DNA of 64,000 nt from Candidatus Omnitrophota bacterium (GCA_903901225.1 CAIUQE010000001.1:2563-66562); one strand, 5' to 3'; counted from the first letter of the stretch, positions 10,245 through 20,364 are shown. The notes: a model not told the origin generated them from the sequence alone. Translations and numbers: made by a program.

Positions 10245-11761
10245 GGCACCTCCCCCTCAACAGTTTTTGTTGAAGCCATGTTCACCCGTTCCTGGTCCTG
10301 GCGTTTTTTATAAAACCCTGTCAGGAAATCCTTATACAATCTTTTGTCAAAAGAACAACCATAAAAAAGAAGCCTGTTCCTTAATTTAGCAACAAGCATA
10401 AAAAGGCTGTTCTTCATGCGGTCAAAAGAATTCTGTATCTGGTAATTTCCCAAACGCACGGCCGATTCCATATTCAGATAATAACAAGCACTCTCAGAAT
10501 ACCTGCTGTTAACCTGCCAGGGTCTTATATATTCAGCGGCGGTATACATATCAATGATATTCCTGTCGGTCCATCCTTCGAAGTGCTCCGGCTCCTTTAA
10601 ATACCCATTCTCGATCAATTTCGTCGTAAGCTCACATTTGGGATATGGCCTGAACGTGCCAACTCCGCACGTGAAAAATTCATACTTCCTTAGCCGATTC
10701 ATAAATCTGATCGTCTGTTTTATATCGGCAAGCGTTTCACCCGGGATCTCAATGATAAATGATGAACGCGCCACAATGCCATATTTACTGCACTGCGCAA
10801 CGGCATGCTCCGCCTGTTCAGTCGTTATGCCTTTTTTCATCAAACCCAGCGTATGGATCGATCCGGATTCAATCCCCAGTGTCAACTGCACTAAACCTGA
10901 ACGCTTCAATAGCGCAAGCATTTCATCGTTGATAATGCGATCATTGAAATAATCGCAGCGGCACTCCGCATCCCAGGTGACACCCAGCCCCCTTTGGATC
11001 ATGCCTTCACAGATCTCCCGTGTCCTTTTAATATCAACAAAAAAATTATCATCAATGAATTTAAGGTGCGTCAGGCGGTACTTCTTGACAATAAGCCCGA
11101 CCTCTTCCAGGACCTTCGTGGCGCTCTTTTTCCTGTAACGCGTATTATTCGTCACTACATTAATGCAAAATGTGCACAAGGAGGGGCATCCCCGGCTGCT
11201 TTCATACGGAAGCCAGCGCATCGGTTGCTTGACATACGCCGATAACTTGTCGGTAAGAAAACCCGTAATATAACGTTCAATGTGTTCATCCAGGCCATAG
11301 TCCGGAAATGGCAAAGCTTCCATATCCAGAACCTTCTTCGCAAATATTTTCTTTTCCAGGCGCGTTCCCTGGCTGAAAGCATGCGCCAGTTCCAGAATAT
11401 GGTCCTCTCCTTCGCCGCAGATCACATGATCCACATATTTGCAGCCCGCCACCTGCTCAGGAAAAAGTGTGCAGTGCGCGCCTCCTGCAACAACGGGCAC
11501 ACTTGAACTTTCTTTGATGTGTTTGGCAATGGCATACGCCCCGGGGACCTCTGAAGTGAGGAGCGTAACCCCGGCAAAAAGAACGCCCTCCAGTTCACGG
11601 CTGATCGTAGCCAAATGATCCTTTTCAAATGCGCAGTTGATGATCTTCACCTCATATCCTGCGCGCTCAAGGACTGAACCGATCGATATCAGGCCCAGAG
11701 ACGGATAATTATTATAATTGTAGATATTCTCCGGCCTTATGAGCAAAATCTTCTTATGCAT
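10241..11761 (-). CDS. Cobalamin(B12)-binding radical SAM enzyme
   Basis: N-terminal B12-binding domain (KIINCAFEKD..., VPVVAGGAHCT) and radical SAM core with the CxxxCxxC motif GCPSLCTFC. Confidence 0.8.
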   Translation of the reverse strand: MHKKILLIRPENIYNYNNYPSLGLISIGSVLERAGYEVKIINCAFEKDHLATISRELEGVLFAGVTLLTSEVPGAYAIAKHIKESSSVPVVAGGAHCTLFPEQVAGCKYVDHVICGEGEDHILELAHAFSQGTRLEKKIFAKKVLDMEALPFPDYGLDEHIERYITGFLTDKLSAYVKQPMRWLPYESSRGCPSLCTFCINVVTNNTRYRKKSATKVLEEVGLIVKKYRLTHLKFIDDNFFVDIKRTREICEGMIQRGLGVTWDAECRCDYFNDRIINDEMLALLKRSGLVQLTLGIESGSIHTLGLMKKGITTEQAEHAVAQCSKYGIVARSSFIIEIPGETLADIKQTIRFMNRLRKYEFFTCGVGTFRPYPKCELTTKLIENGYLKEPEHFEGWTDRNIIDMYTAAEYIRPWQVNSRYSESACYYLNMESAVRLGNYQIQNSFDRMKNSLFMLVAKLRNRLLFYGCSFDKRLYKDFLTGFYKKRQDQERVNMASTKTVEGEVP

Positions 11762-12756
11762 TATTGCAGCCCCTTTATCATGTCAGCAAGGTCTTTGACC
11801 GTTAACCATGCCTCATTGGTATCGCTGCGATAAGTGAATCCTTTGGGCACGGCAGGATATTTCTTATATTCCGACTCAAACTCTTTTGTAACATTAAAGC
11901 AAGGCAAAATGACATAGGCCCCATCAACAACCCTGGTCGTGCGGGATTCATCTTCGGACACCAGGCTTTCATGCATCTTTTCCCCGGGCCTGATTCCGAT
12001 CGAATGTAATTTATAAGTTGGGTCCACGGCCTTGGCCAGGTCCACCACACGCATAGAAGGGATCTTGGGAATAAAGATCTCACCCCCCAAAGACACGTTC
12101 AACGCCTTCAATACAAGATCAACGCCCTGATCAAGCGTTATCCAAAATCTTGTCATCCCCTCATCAGTGACGGGGAATTCCCCCGCGTTTTTCTGTTTAA
12201 GGTCAAGATACAATGGGATGATGCTGCCACGAGAACCCACCACATTCCCATACCTGACCACGGAAAACTTGACCCTCCCCCCCGCGTAAGCATTCGCGGA
12301 AATGAATATCTTTTCAGCCACCAGCTTGGTTGCCCCGTATAAGTTCGCCGGATTAACCGCCTTATCAGTCGACAAAGCAACGACCTTCTTCACCCCCGCA
12401 TCGATTGCGGCATCAACAATATTGTCAGCCCCGTCAACGTTCGTCTTGATCGCCTCCGTAGGATTATACTCCAGGGCAGGGACCTGTTTAAGAGCTGCTG
12501 CATGGATCACATAGTCCACCCCTTCAAAAGCCCGGCGCAAACGGTCTTTATCCCTGACGTCACCCAAAAAATAGCGGACCGGATACTGCGCCGGCGGGAA
12601 GATCTTGGCCATTTCGCTTTGCTTATACTCATCACGGCTAAAAATGATCAGTTTCTTTAAATTATATTTCTTCAATACAACATCCGCAAACTTGTTGCCA
12701 AAGGAGCCCGTCCCCCCTGTAACCAAAATCACCTTATTCTTCAATAAATCTTCCAC
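11761..12756 (-). CDS. pseB: UDP-N-acetylglucosamine 4,6-dehydratase (inverting), PseB/FlaA1/CapD-like
   Basis: N-terminus KVILVTGGTGSFGNKF is the hallmark of PseB/FlaA1. Extended-SDR fold with a YxxxK (YGATK) catalytic pair. About 331 aa. Confidence 0.8.
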   Translation of the reverse strand: MEDLLKNKVILVTGGTGSFGNKFADVVLKKYNLKKLIIFSRDEYKQSEMAKIFPPAQYPVRYFLGDVRDKDRLRRAFEGVDYVIHAAALKQVPALEYNPTEAIKTNVDGADNIVDAAIDAGVKKVVALSTDKAVNPANLYGATKLVAEKIFISANAYAGGRVKFSVVRYGNVVGSRGSIIPLYLDLKQKNAGEFPVTDEGMTRFWITLDQGVDLVLKALNVSLGGEIFIPKIPSMRVVDLAKAVDPTYKLHSIGIRPGEKMHESLVSEDESRTTRVVDGAYVILPCFNVTKEFESEYKKYPAVPKGFTYRSDTNEAWLTVKDLADMIKGLQ

Positions 12757-14657
12757 TACGACCTCCTTGTCAATAATTCCCTGAATTTCGTTATCGGCTT
12801 AACATCTGAAGAAATATCCAACCCTGCTTTAATCTGCTGTAAATAATCAGCAAATTCCACATCTGAAATCTTATAAAGCCAATAATCCACCAATGCTTCC
12901 AATTCGCTGTAACCATGGGCCACTAAATTAGGGAACTGATCATAAAACATCCCGACAAATCGCCCCTGCGGGTCAAAATAAAGGGCTTTTTTCCCCGCCC
13001 CCAAAGCCTCGTGAACTGGGCTGGTAAAACATGCGCCTATGATTAAATCGGATACGCTAATAATCTCGGTGGCTTCAAATCGATCGCCGGGAACACAACA
13101 TCTGGGATGAGCATCTAATTTCCTAAAATATGGCAACATCGCTGGATGAACACTGTCTCTGGCGTATTTCTCCTTAAAAATAACGCGGATCTCCGGGAAC
13201 TTCTCCAGGATTTTAAGCACACTTTCGGCCAGCAACTCCATGTCCTGAAGCCCCAGTCCCAAATCTGTATTAAAAACACCAACAATTGATCGACTATGGC
13301 AATCTTTCCATTTCTCATCGATTTTCAAGTCCGACAAAACCTTGTCTTTAGATATTGTTTGCACATGTTCTGACCAGAAACACCCCAACGGCAAATAATT
13401 TCCCACATGCTGCGGATGTTCTTTCAGAAAATCCTCGACCTTTCCGTAAACAAGGAAATTGTCATAATAAAAATATGCCAATTTCCGCCACCTATAATCT
13501 TTTCTTTTACTCACCGGAACAACCGTGTCACCAAAATCCCTTGCATGCAAATAGTACCATGTTGTCGTTCCATCCCTTGCAAGCAGTATATTCCTCACAA
13601 GCTGCTGCGGTTGATAATCATTATAAACAACAAAATGTTCAATATGAAAAAGTTCCAGAAACCTCTCCCAGATGATATCTGTATAGAGATTCCTCAATGT
13701 CACCTTGATTTCAAGCGATGAAGAAAATAACAACCCTTTAAAGGCGGACGCCCAAACAAATAAAAACCTCTTGATCAAAACACGCCAAAAGTAGCGCCAC
13801 GATATCCTTCCCAGTATTTTGGGCAATTCGATTATAAAATATCCCCTTTTTATAAGTTCATTTCGATACGCATCTGGAATATCCGTCTCCACACAAAAAA
13901 GGGCATTATCTTTGTTCAACGCTGCCCCATCCAAAAGAAAATCGATCGTGCGATACTTATGGTAGAAAGCCAGATCTGTTGTGTATACCCTGATCCCTAC
14001 CTGATAATTCTTCCTGGGAATATCATGAACAACGATACTTTTAACCTTCAGAAAAACCCATGCAGGAAACAACAAAAAACCGGCGCGCCACTTCAACCCA
14101 TCAACAATGCGCACCAGCGTAACGTAGAAATAACCCAGGAGAGATACAGAAACCCCTAAGCCCCGAACAAAATCCCCCTGAACAACCTTTGCCGCAGAAA
14201 GCCATTCCCATATACGGCTAGATTTCTCAGGAACAAACTCCGGCGCCTCAGCGCAAGTTTTTTTGAATTTTTCGATGCACATCTTTACCGAGTAAAACTC
14301 ATACAACTCATCAAGCAATACCTTTTTGTAAGATGATCTCACAAGTTCAGATCCCATAAAAATGGCTAGTCGTGCTGTAAGCGGCCCACAAAAAAACTTC
14401 ACCTGGTAAACCGCCTCCACATGGCGCACGGCTTCACAATTACATTCCCTGTCTTCCGCATAATCCAGACCTTCCTCAGAAAACTTGGACACCAACACAT
14501 ACCGCTGAACCTTGATAAAGAACTTGTTTTTGCTTAAACCGGGTTCCATTTTCAAATAATAGATCTTGAACCCGGCACACGCGTAATATAAAAGCAGTGG
14601 CCAACTGGCCAGCCGTATATTCTCAAATATGACTGTCTTATCCTTCTCAACCGGCAC
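12756..14657 (-). CDS. Large soluble protein, possible GT-B-like glycosyl/glycerophospho-transferase (TagF/KpsS-like C-terminal half), tentative
   Basis: No TM segments. The C-terminal region ...IISVSDLIIGACFTSPVHEALGAGKKALYFDP... resembles the nucleotide-sugar-binding half of CDP-glycerol glycerophosphotransferase and capsule Kdo-transferase families. The N-terminal half is unassigned. Confidence 0.3.
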   Translation of the reverse strand: MPVEKDKTVIFENIRLASWPLLLYYACAGFKIYYLKMEPGLSKNKFFIKVQRYVLVSKFSEEGLDYAEDRECNCEAVRHVEAVYQVKFFCGPLTARLAIFMGSELVRSSYKKVLLDELYEFYSVKMCIEKFKKTCAEAPEFVPEKSSRIWEWLSAAKVVQGDFVRGLGVSVSLLGYFYVTLVRIVDGLKWRAGFLLFPAWVFLKVKSIVVHDIPRKNYQVGIRVYTTDLAFYHKYRTIDFLLDGAALNKDNALFCVETDIPDAYRNELIKRGYFIIELPKILGRISWRYFWRVLIKRFLFVWASAFKGLLFSSSLEIKVTLRNLYTDIIWERFLELFHIEHFVVYNDYQPQQLVRNILLARDGTTTWYYLHARDFGDTVVPVSKRKDYRWRKLAYFYYDNFLVYGKVEDFLKEHPQHVGNYLPLGCFWSEHVQTISKDKVLSDLKIDEKWKDCHSRSIVGVFNTDLGLGLQDMELLAESVLKILEKFPEIRVIFKEKYARDSVHPAMLPYFRKLDAHPRCCVPGDRFEATEIISVSDLIIGACFTSPVHEALGAGKKALYFDPQGRFVGMFYDQFPNLVAHGYSELEALVDYWLYKISDVEFADYLQQIKAGLDISSDVKPITKFRELLTRRS

Positions 14658-14658
14658 G

Positions 14659-15867
14659 CTAAAATCCTCGTTTTACCCTGTCTGCCACACCCTGCCAGAT
14701 AGGAACTTCCGCGCTATCCGCTGTTTTGATATAAAGCTGCTTATATCGGGCATAAAGATCGGCGTTGATCGTGCGCTCAAAGTCCCAATCAATATCCCCT
14801 GGCCTGTCCATATACAGGGGTTTTTTTCCAAAATGCTCCGCCATGACTTTCGTATAAGCCCCTTCCCATAGATCCTCCACCCCTGAAAAAGAAATAAAAA
14901 CAACGGGTTTCTCGAAAAGGATCGCAAAACAGAGCGCCGTGCTGGCGTGGCTTAAAACCATCCTCGATCGCCTTACCAGCGCCGCCGTCTGCCCCTTGAC
15001 GCACGAACGTCCATTGAAATGATCGCCCATCGTCTCATAAACTGAACGCGGATGGGCCGCGATCACCACCTTCAACCCTGTCTCCCGTTCAACCTTCGTG
15101 AAGAACGTATTGAGCAGGTCATAATAGTGCTGCGGCTCCACGGGATTCTTTTCGCCCACGAACGCGTAATCTGAATGATACGGCAAGAACTCATCCAGAA
15201 AGACCGCGATATCCTGCGCCTGCACGGCAAGACCTCTTTCCTTCAGATAAATATCATAATCGAACGTGTGCAGGCGCAATATCTCTGTGTTCCTGTCAAC
15301 CGGGAAATATTGGCTCTCAATGCTCTTTTCTCCTCCCGCCAGCAGCAATCGTGGCGGCCTAACGCCAAGAAGCTGCCGTGGCAATCGCAGCAACAGCAAT
15401 TTCCATGTCCTCCGCTCAAAAAGCTTCGTCAGCTTCCGGAAGAACCCCTGGATGCCAACACGATCGCACGGTTTATAGGACATGTCCGGAACAGCGTTGG
15501 CATGTTGGACCACATAGCTCGCGCAAGAACAACTTAAGGAACGATATGCTTCAAGATTCCAATGATCGAACGTTAAAAAGTTGATCACAAGATCGCGGCC
15601 TGTCAACGTTGACAAGTTAGCACGCATGTCTGAGGCGTCTTTGAACACCGTGACTTTTTCTGTTACCTCCCCGCCCACGGGCGACAACCCCCTGGGCAAC
15701 TCCGGATGCGCGATCAAAGAAAGGTCCCAGACCTCAATATCAAAGCCAAGGTCTTTCCATATGCCAACGCCGAAGCGAAGATGATCGCGCGCATTCAAAG
15801 GTTCTTCGAATAAATAAATTATCCTTCTGATCTTCATATTACCCATAGGCAACACCGCTGCGTTCAC
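14659..15867 (-). CDS. Hypothetical protein, possible GT-B-like transferase, tentative
   Basis: C-terminal ...VVIAAHPRS...GKPVVFISFSG... pattern resembles the donor-binding half of KpsS/TagB-like transferases. No other motif recognised. Confidence 0.3.
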   Translation of the reverse strand: MNAAVLPMGNMKIRRIIYLFEEPLNARDHLRFGVGIWKDLGFDIEVWDLSLIAHPELPRGLSPVGGEVTEKVTVFKDASDMRANLSTLTGRDLVINFLTFDHWNLEAYRSLSCSCASYVVQHANAVPDMSYKPCDRVGIQGFFRKLTKLFERRTWKLLLLRLPRQLLGVRPPRLLLAGGEKSIESQYFPVDRNTEILRLHTFDYDIYLKERGLAVQAQDIAVFLDEFLPYHSDYAFVGEKNPVEPQHYYDLLNTFFTKVERETGLKVVIAAHPRSVYETMGDHFNGRSCVKGQTAALVRRSRMVLSHASTALCFAILFEKPVVFISFSGVEDLWEGAYTKVMAEHFGKKPLYMDRPGDIDWDFERTINADLYARYKQLYIKTADSAEVPIWQGVADRVKRGF

Positions 15868-15875
15868 ATCCGCCT

Positions 15876-17195
15876 TTATTCACGTACGAGCCTCTTGGTT
15901 TTTTCACCGGTCCTGGGAATTTCCCCTTTAAGGACCATGACGATGTCCGCGTTCACGTCCATCTTGTCCCGGATCTCCTGCTTGATCGCCGCCCCGATCT
16001 CTTCCTGGCGCGGCACCGGCACGCCATCCCCGCACTCGACACGCACCGTTATCTTTTCGACCATATCAAGCCCCTTGGCCACCACCTGGTATTCACCCGT
16101 GACCTCATCGATAAAACCGGATACGACCGCGCCAATAGCCCCGGGGAAAATATTAACGCCCTTGACAACGATCATGTCGTCACTGCGTCCAAGGACCTTG
16201 AAACGAAAACTTGAACGGCCGCACGCGCATTTATTGTGGTCAACAACATCGATCACATCATGCGACCTGAGCCTGACAAGAGGCTGCGCCTCTTTATTGA
16301 TATTGGTAACGACCAGTTCACCTTTCACGCCCTTCTCGAACGGAAGCTTCCGGCAGTTATCCGGGTCGATCAACTCCACGTGAATGTTGCCTTGCCCCAT
16401 GAAATGCATCCCTTGCTGGCAGCCGCATTCCGCGCCGAACATGCTTAAAACATCCGATATGCCATAGTTCGCATCCATGGCCTTAAAGCCCCAGACTTTC
16501 TCGATCCTGGAACGCGTCATCGGATTTTGTATCCCCGCTTCGCCCGCAAAAAGACCTTTCCTGAGCCCCAATTCCCGGGGATCCATTTTAAACTCTGTTT
16601 CCAGCAGGAGCTCGAGCTTGGCCATATATGACACGGTGCAATGGATCGCTGTGGGTCGGATATTGAGGATCGCCTCAATGAGTTTGCTTGAATTTCCGAC
16701 GCCATAAGGGACAACCGTCGCGCCGGTCGCCTCAAGGCTCTGATGGTCTGTAAATCCTCCCATCCACATGCAATAATTCAAACAATGGAATACAATATCC
16801 TCCGGCCTTAATCCGGAAGCCCAAAAGCAGCGGCTGCCCGAATCTATGGTCGCGGCAATATCTTTGGCTGTAAGTGCGAGAAAAACCGGCCGCCCGGTCG
16901 TTCCGGACGTGCGGTGAACACGCCGCACACAGCTGTTATTGACGGAAAGATTGCTCCCGAAAGGCGGATACTGAAGTTGATCATCGATGAGCTCTTTCTT
17001 TTCCGTAAAAGGCAAAATATCAAGGTCGCGTAAAAGGCTCGCCGCATCCCGATACCCTTTAAGCTTCTTTTGATAGAAACTGCTGCTGGCCAACACATGG
17101 TCGAACTGCTTCAGCAGCCGGGCCCTATCGATCTTGAGGAACAAATCCCCCTGGGTCAGCGTTTCCAGTTCAAGGTCACGGATCTCGTTATGCAT
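15876..17195 (-). CDS. Adenylate-forming enzyme of the phenylacetate-CoA ligase (PaaK/CapK, coenzyme F390 synthetase-like) family
   Basis: HRTSGTTGRPV AMP-binding P-loop and the PaaK-type core (YGVGNS...). The ORF track extends to 17324, but the likely start is the ATG at 17195 (MHNEIRDLE...), 8 bp overlapping the upstream KamA-like gene. Confidence 0.7.
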   Translation of the reverse strand: MHNEIRDLELETLTQGDLFLKIDRARLLKQFDHVLASSSFYQKKLKGYRDAASLLRDLDILPFTEKKELIDDQLQYPPFGSNLSVNNSCVRRVHRTSGTTGRPVFLALTAKDIAATIDSGSRCFWASGLRPEDIVFHCLNYCMWMGGFTDHQSLEATGATVVPYGVGNSSKLIEAILNIRPTAIHCTVSYMAKLELLLETEFKMDPRELGLRKGLFAGEAGIQNPMTRSRIEKVWGFKAMDANYGISDVLSMFGAECGCQQGMHFMGQGNIHVELIDPDNCRKLPFEKGVKGELVVTNINKEAQPLVRLRSHDVIDVVDHNKCACGRSSFRFKVLGRSDDMIVVKGVNIFPGAIGAVVSGFIDEVTGEYQVVAKGLDMVEKITVRVECGDGVPVPRQEEIGAAIKQEIRDKMDVNADIVMVLKGEIPRTGEKTKRLVRE

Positions 17196-18315
17196 GCGGG
17201 ATCTCCCGGGATGACGCCGCATCATCCGAACCATCCAGATACCACATCCGCAAAAGGCCGTTCTCATCCACCGCAGCGGTTTTAGGCAACTTCCAATTCG
17301 GGTTCCACCGCAACCTGTCCGCATAACTATAATGCGACTGCAGCAAGACCTTATTATCCTTCCGTGCCAGCACGGTGCCCTCGTACAGCGTGATCTTCCC
17401 GATATCCGTCATGGCCGCGAACATCGGCTTGATACGGCCTGATATCCTGCCGCTGTTGAGCAGGCGTTTGACCAGTTCAATGCCTTTCCCGAGCGATGGG
17501 CGCAAATGGTGCATACCCTTCATGGGTAAACAGTGGAACAGGTAATGCGCCTCGACATGCAATTCCCTGAGCCTGTCATACAGCGCCGCCAGCGTTTCAA
17601 CATCATCATTAACTCCCTTAAGCAGCACATTCTGTGAATAGATCTTCACGCCAAGTGCTGATATATCCACGATCTTTTCAATAGTTTCCGGGAATAATTC
17701 CACAGGATGATTGATCTGCGTCGCCAGTTCGAACCGGATGCCTGGCTTATGTTTGAATATCTCAAAAATATTATTATCGATCCTGCGCGGATCATGTGAC
17801 AAAAGGCGCGTGGCGATACGCATCGTCTTGACATTGGGCGCGTATTTCATCAAGGCATCGACAAGATAACCCAGGCGCTGGGGAAGGATGAGCGGGTCGC
17901 CGCCCGTGATAAGGACTTCTCTCAGTTCATCCCTGACCAGCTTCGAACCACAAAATAAGGCCGCCTGCTTCAACTCGTCTTCACTCAGAGTGAACATGCC
18001 GTAATGGGCGCGCAGGCAATAACGGCAATGGGACGCGCATACCAGGGTAGGCTCGATCACCAGGCTGTGCCGGTACAAACGCTCCACACCCTTGACCCTG
18101 TGCCCGTCCATCTCCACGTCGACATTCGCCTCCCAATGACGCTCATTATCTTCCAGCGCCACGGCATCCTCGGCAGCCTGCTTTACATACTGCAAATAAA
18201 GTGCCCGGTAATCCGCAGAAGCCGCGCCACCCCCGGCGCACAAAGCCGCCATTTTCTCTTTCAGAAAGGGCGATATCTTCTCGGGAAATACCGATTTCTC
18301 CGTTGTAGCACCCAT
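17188..18315 (-). CDS. KamA-family radical SAM aminomutase (lysine/glutamate 2,3-aminomutase-like)
   Basis: CxxxCxxC motif CASHCRYCLR in the KamA arrangement. Matching size (375 aa), with the downstream ...LITGGDPL... motif conserved in 2,3-aminomutases. Confidence 0.75.
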   Translation of the reverse strand: MGATTEKSVFPEKISPFLKEKMAALCAGGGAASADYRALYLQYVKQAAEDAVALEDNERHWEANVDVEMDGHRVKGVERLYRHSLVIEPTLVCASHCRYCLRAHYGMFTLSEDELKQAALFCGSKLVRDELREVLITGGDPLILPQRLGYLVDALMKYAPNVKTMRIATRLLSHDPRRIDNNIFEIFKHKPGIRFELATQINHPVELFPETIEKIVDISALGVKIYSQNVLLKGVNDDVETLAALYDRLRELHVEAHYLFHCLPMKGMHHLRPSLGKGIELVKRLLNSGRISGRIKPMFAAMTDIGKITLYEGTVLARKDNKVLLQSHYSYADRLRWNPNWKLPKTAAVDENGLLRMWYLDGSDDAASSREIPHA

Positions 18316-18316
18316 A

Positions 18317-19225
18317 TCAATTGTCCCTTTCCTTCAAGAACACCGCCGGATTCCCGACATAAACGCCATGGCTTTTAAGGTCCTTCAAGGCCACGGCGCC
18401 GATGCCCAGGGTCACGTGATCCCCGATCTTCACGGAGTCCCTGACACTGGCATTGGGCGCGATCAAGCAATTCTTCCCGATCTCGACCCCACGGCTGATA
18501 ATGGCGCCTGCCGTGATCATGGCCCCGGCCCGGATCACGCTGTTCGCGCCGATCTGGACCAGGTCATCGATCTTGACCATGTCCTCAATGACCGTCTCAT
18601 GGATGGCCGAACTTTCAATGCTGGAATTTGACCCTATCCACACATGATCCCCTATGATGATCTTTCCGACATGCGGAAAGTGCACCTGCCGCCCTTGAAC
18701 ATCCACCTCAAAATCATAACCTGTGCTGCCGACGGTGGAGTTATGCTTGATCAGGCATTTTTCACCGACCTGAACACGCCCCGTGATGACAACATTGTTC
18801 AATATCCTCGTCCCGTCCCCAATGGTCACATCCGGGCCGATCACAACGTTCTCACCGACCGCGACACCCTGCCCGAGCCGGGCACTCTTGTCGATCATGG
18901 CTGAAGGCGCTATTTTCACCTCGTCAAATTCGATGAAGAACTCATTGAGCACGTCGATAAATTTGATGTGCGGCTCTTTCACGACCAGGAACGAAATGCT
19001 ATCGGTCTGGACAACTGGAAGCCGGGAGGCCAGGACCAGGACATCTTTATGCGACTGAAAACCATGTTCATCCAGGCCGCTTTCATCAGCGCGCACGAAA
19101 GTATTATCGATCATCCGCCGCCATGATGAAGGGCCCCGCACAATAAAATCACGGCCAATAAGCTCAGCCTCAAGGAAACCGGCTATCTCGGAAGCGAATA
19201 TGTCGGCTGTTTTCATTTTATACAT
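18317..19225 (-). CDS. Left-handed beta-helix (hexapeptide-repeat) N-acyltransferase, LpxD-like
   Basis: Repeated [LIV]-G-x-x-x-x hexapeptides across the C-terminal two-thirds (IGDHVWIGSNSSI, IGANSVIRAGAMI, ...). N-terminal region resembles the LpxD uridine-binding domain. Confidence 0.65.
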   Translation of the reverse strand: MYKMKTADIFASEIAGFLEAELIGRDFIVRGPSSWRRMIDNTFVRADESGLDEHGFQSHKDVLVLASRLPVVQTDSISFLVVKEPHIKFIDVLNEFFIEFDEVKIAPSAMIDKSARLGQGVAVGENVVIGPDVTIGDGTRILNNVVITGRVQVGEKCLIKHNSTVGSTGYDFEVDVQGRQVHFPHVGKIIIGDHVWIGSNSSIESSAIHETVIEDMVKIDDLVQIGANSVIRAGAMITAGAIISRGVEIGKNCLIAPNASVRDSVKIGDHVTLGIGAVALKDLKSHGVYVGNPAVFLKERDN

Positions 19226-19245
19226 CAGGCTCTCCTTGGTTTGAT

Positions 19246-20364
19246 CTACACACTGATGGTCTTGTATTCAGGATTCACATAAACATCCTGGTCGCCATCG
19301 CCTTTGGTGACGTAAAGATCATCGAACGTGACATGGCGATGCGGTTCATCAAGGTCCAGGACCATATTGATGCTGCGCCGGGCCCTGATCTCAATGGGCT
19401 GGAACCGCATCGGGATGAAATACTCCCTGTGAACTTTCAAGGATACGAAAGGCTCCGGACAGATGGCCGCCGCCAGCGCGCTGGAGCCGCAAAAGAAATC
19501 AGCCATCACGCAGCCCTCTTCAGAGGCGAACGCAAGCACCGCCTTGACAAGCTCAGGCTCATGGCCCTGCACAGGGAACATTTCCAATATCCGCGCAACT
19601 CTACTGGCATGCCCCTTGATCGGCTCAATACGCACCACGGCTAATCCGCGCTCCGCACGCTGCCCCAGGCCAAGGATCTTGTATTTAATGTACGGATGAT
19701 CGACATATCTCCACTTGAGCGCCTCTTTGTCCTTGCGTGAAGTTGCCTTGCATCTTCCCAAATGAGCCTGCCAGTACGCTTCCGATACAGCCGTAACATC
19801 ATGGATCAGATCATACCCTGTCTTGCTTGCCGGAACACGGGCTGCCATTTCCCTGAAAAACCCTTCCTGTCCGGCAGACTCCTTGTTCTGGAACAACATA
19901 TAACATGCGTCGGCATCAAGGATCGCGACCCTGCGTTCGATCTCAGGACAAACCGGATACCCCAATTTCTCATAGGCCTTCAGCGATAATTCATTCATGC
20001 CATACCCGCAATACATCCGCGTCCTGGACCTCAGGTCTTTCACCAGCGTCCTGCCCAGGCCGGGGATCTTGGCAAAATTCATCCACTCAATATCCCACAC
20101 CGTTGGGACCGCATGGCCATCGATATACGTGGTCCATGGCAGGAAAGCATCAAGGGCCAGAATATGGCGCTGACCATCCAGGCAAGCGAGCATGGAATAA
20201 TCATCCCTGGCAACAACGCCCGCTTTAAATGGCGACATGAAATACTGCCAGCGCACATAAGCCGGATCCGCGCCAAAATACGACGTCCCCACGAACTCGC
20301 GCAATAACCTCAACGCTTCAGGCAACAACGCCTCGCTGACCGGCTCAATGACATACGGCGTCAC
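19246..20364 (-). CDS. Hypothetical protein, possibly acyl-CoA N-acyltransferase (GNAT/FemAB-like) fold
   Basis: No strong motif. Size and a weak GNAT-like core (..GLGRTLVKDL..) only. Tightly coupled with neighbours. Confidence 0.25.
   Translation of the reverse strand: MTPYVIEPVSEALLPEALRLLREFVGTSYFGADPAYVRWQYFMSPFKAGVVARDDYSMLACLDGQRHILALDAFLPWTTYIDGHAVPTVWDIEWMNFAKIPGLGRTLVKDLRSRTRMYCGYGMNELSLKAYEKLGYPVCPEIERRVAILDADACYMLFQNKESAGQEGFFREMAARVPASKTGYDLIHDVTAVSEAYWQAHLGRCKATSRKDKEALKWRYVDHPYIKYKILGLGQRAERGLAVVRIEPIKGHASRVARILEMFPVQGHEPELVKAVLAFASEEGCVMADFFCGSSALAAAICPEPFVSLKVHREYFIPMRFQPIEIRARRSINMVLDLDEPHRHVTFDDLYVTKGDGDQDVYVNPEYKTISV

Noticed and set aside
15876-17324. Over-extended ORF-track starts: 17324 for the PaaK-like gene and 34611 for the DegT gene. 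Further cases are 51097, 51608, 58194, 60270, 40407 and 53897.
   Set aside because: The N-terminal extensions are Arg/Cys/Gly-rich and overlap the upstream gene. Internal ATGs that restore canonical family N-termini with tight gene spacing were preferred, and those coordinates were used in the features.
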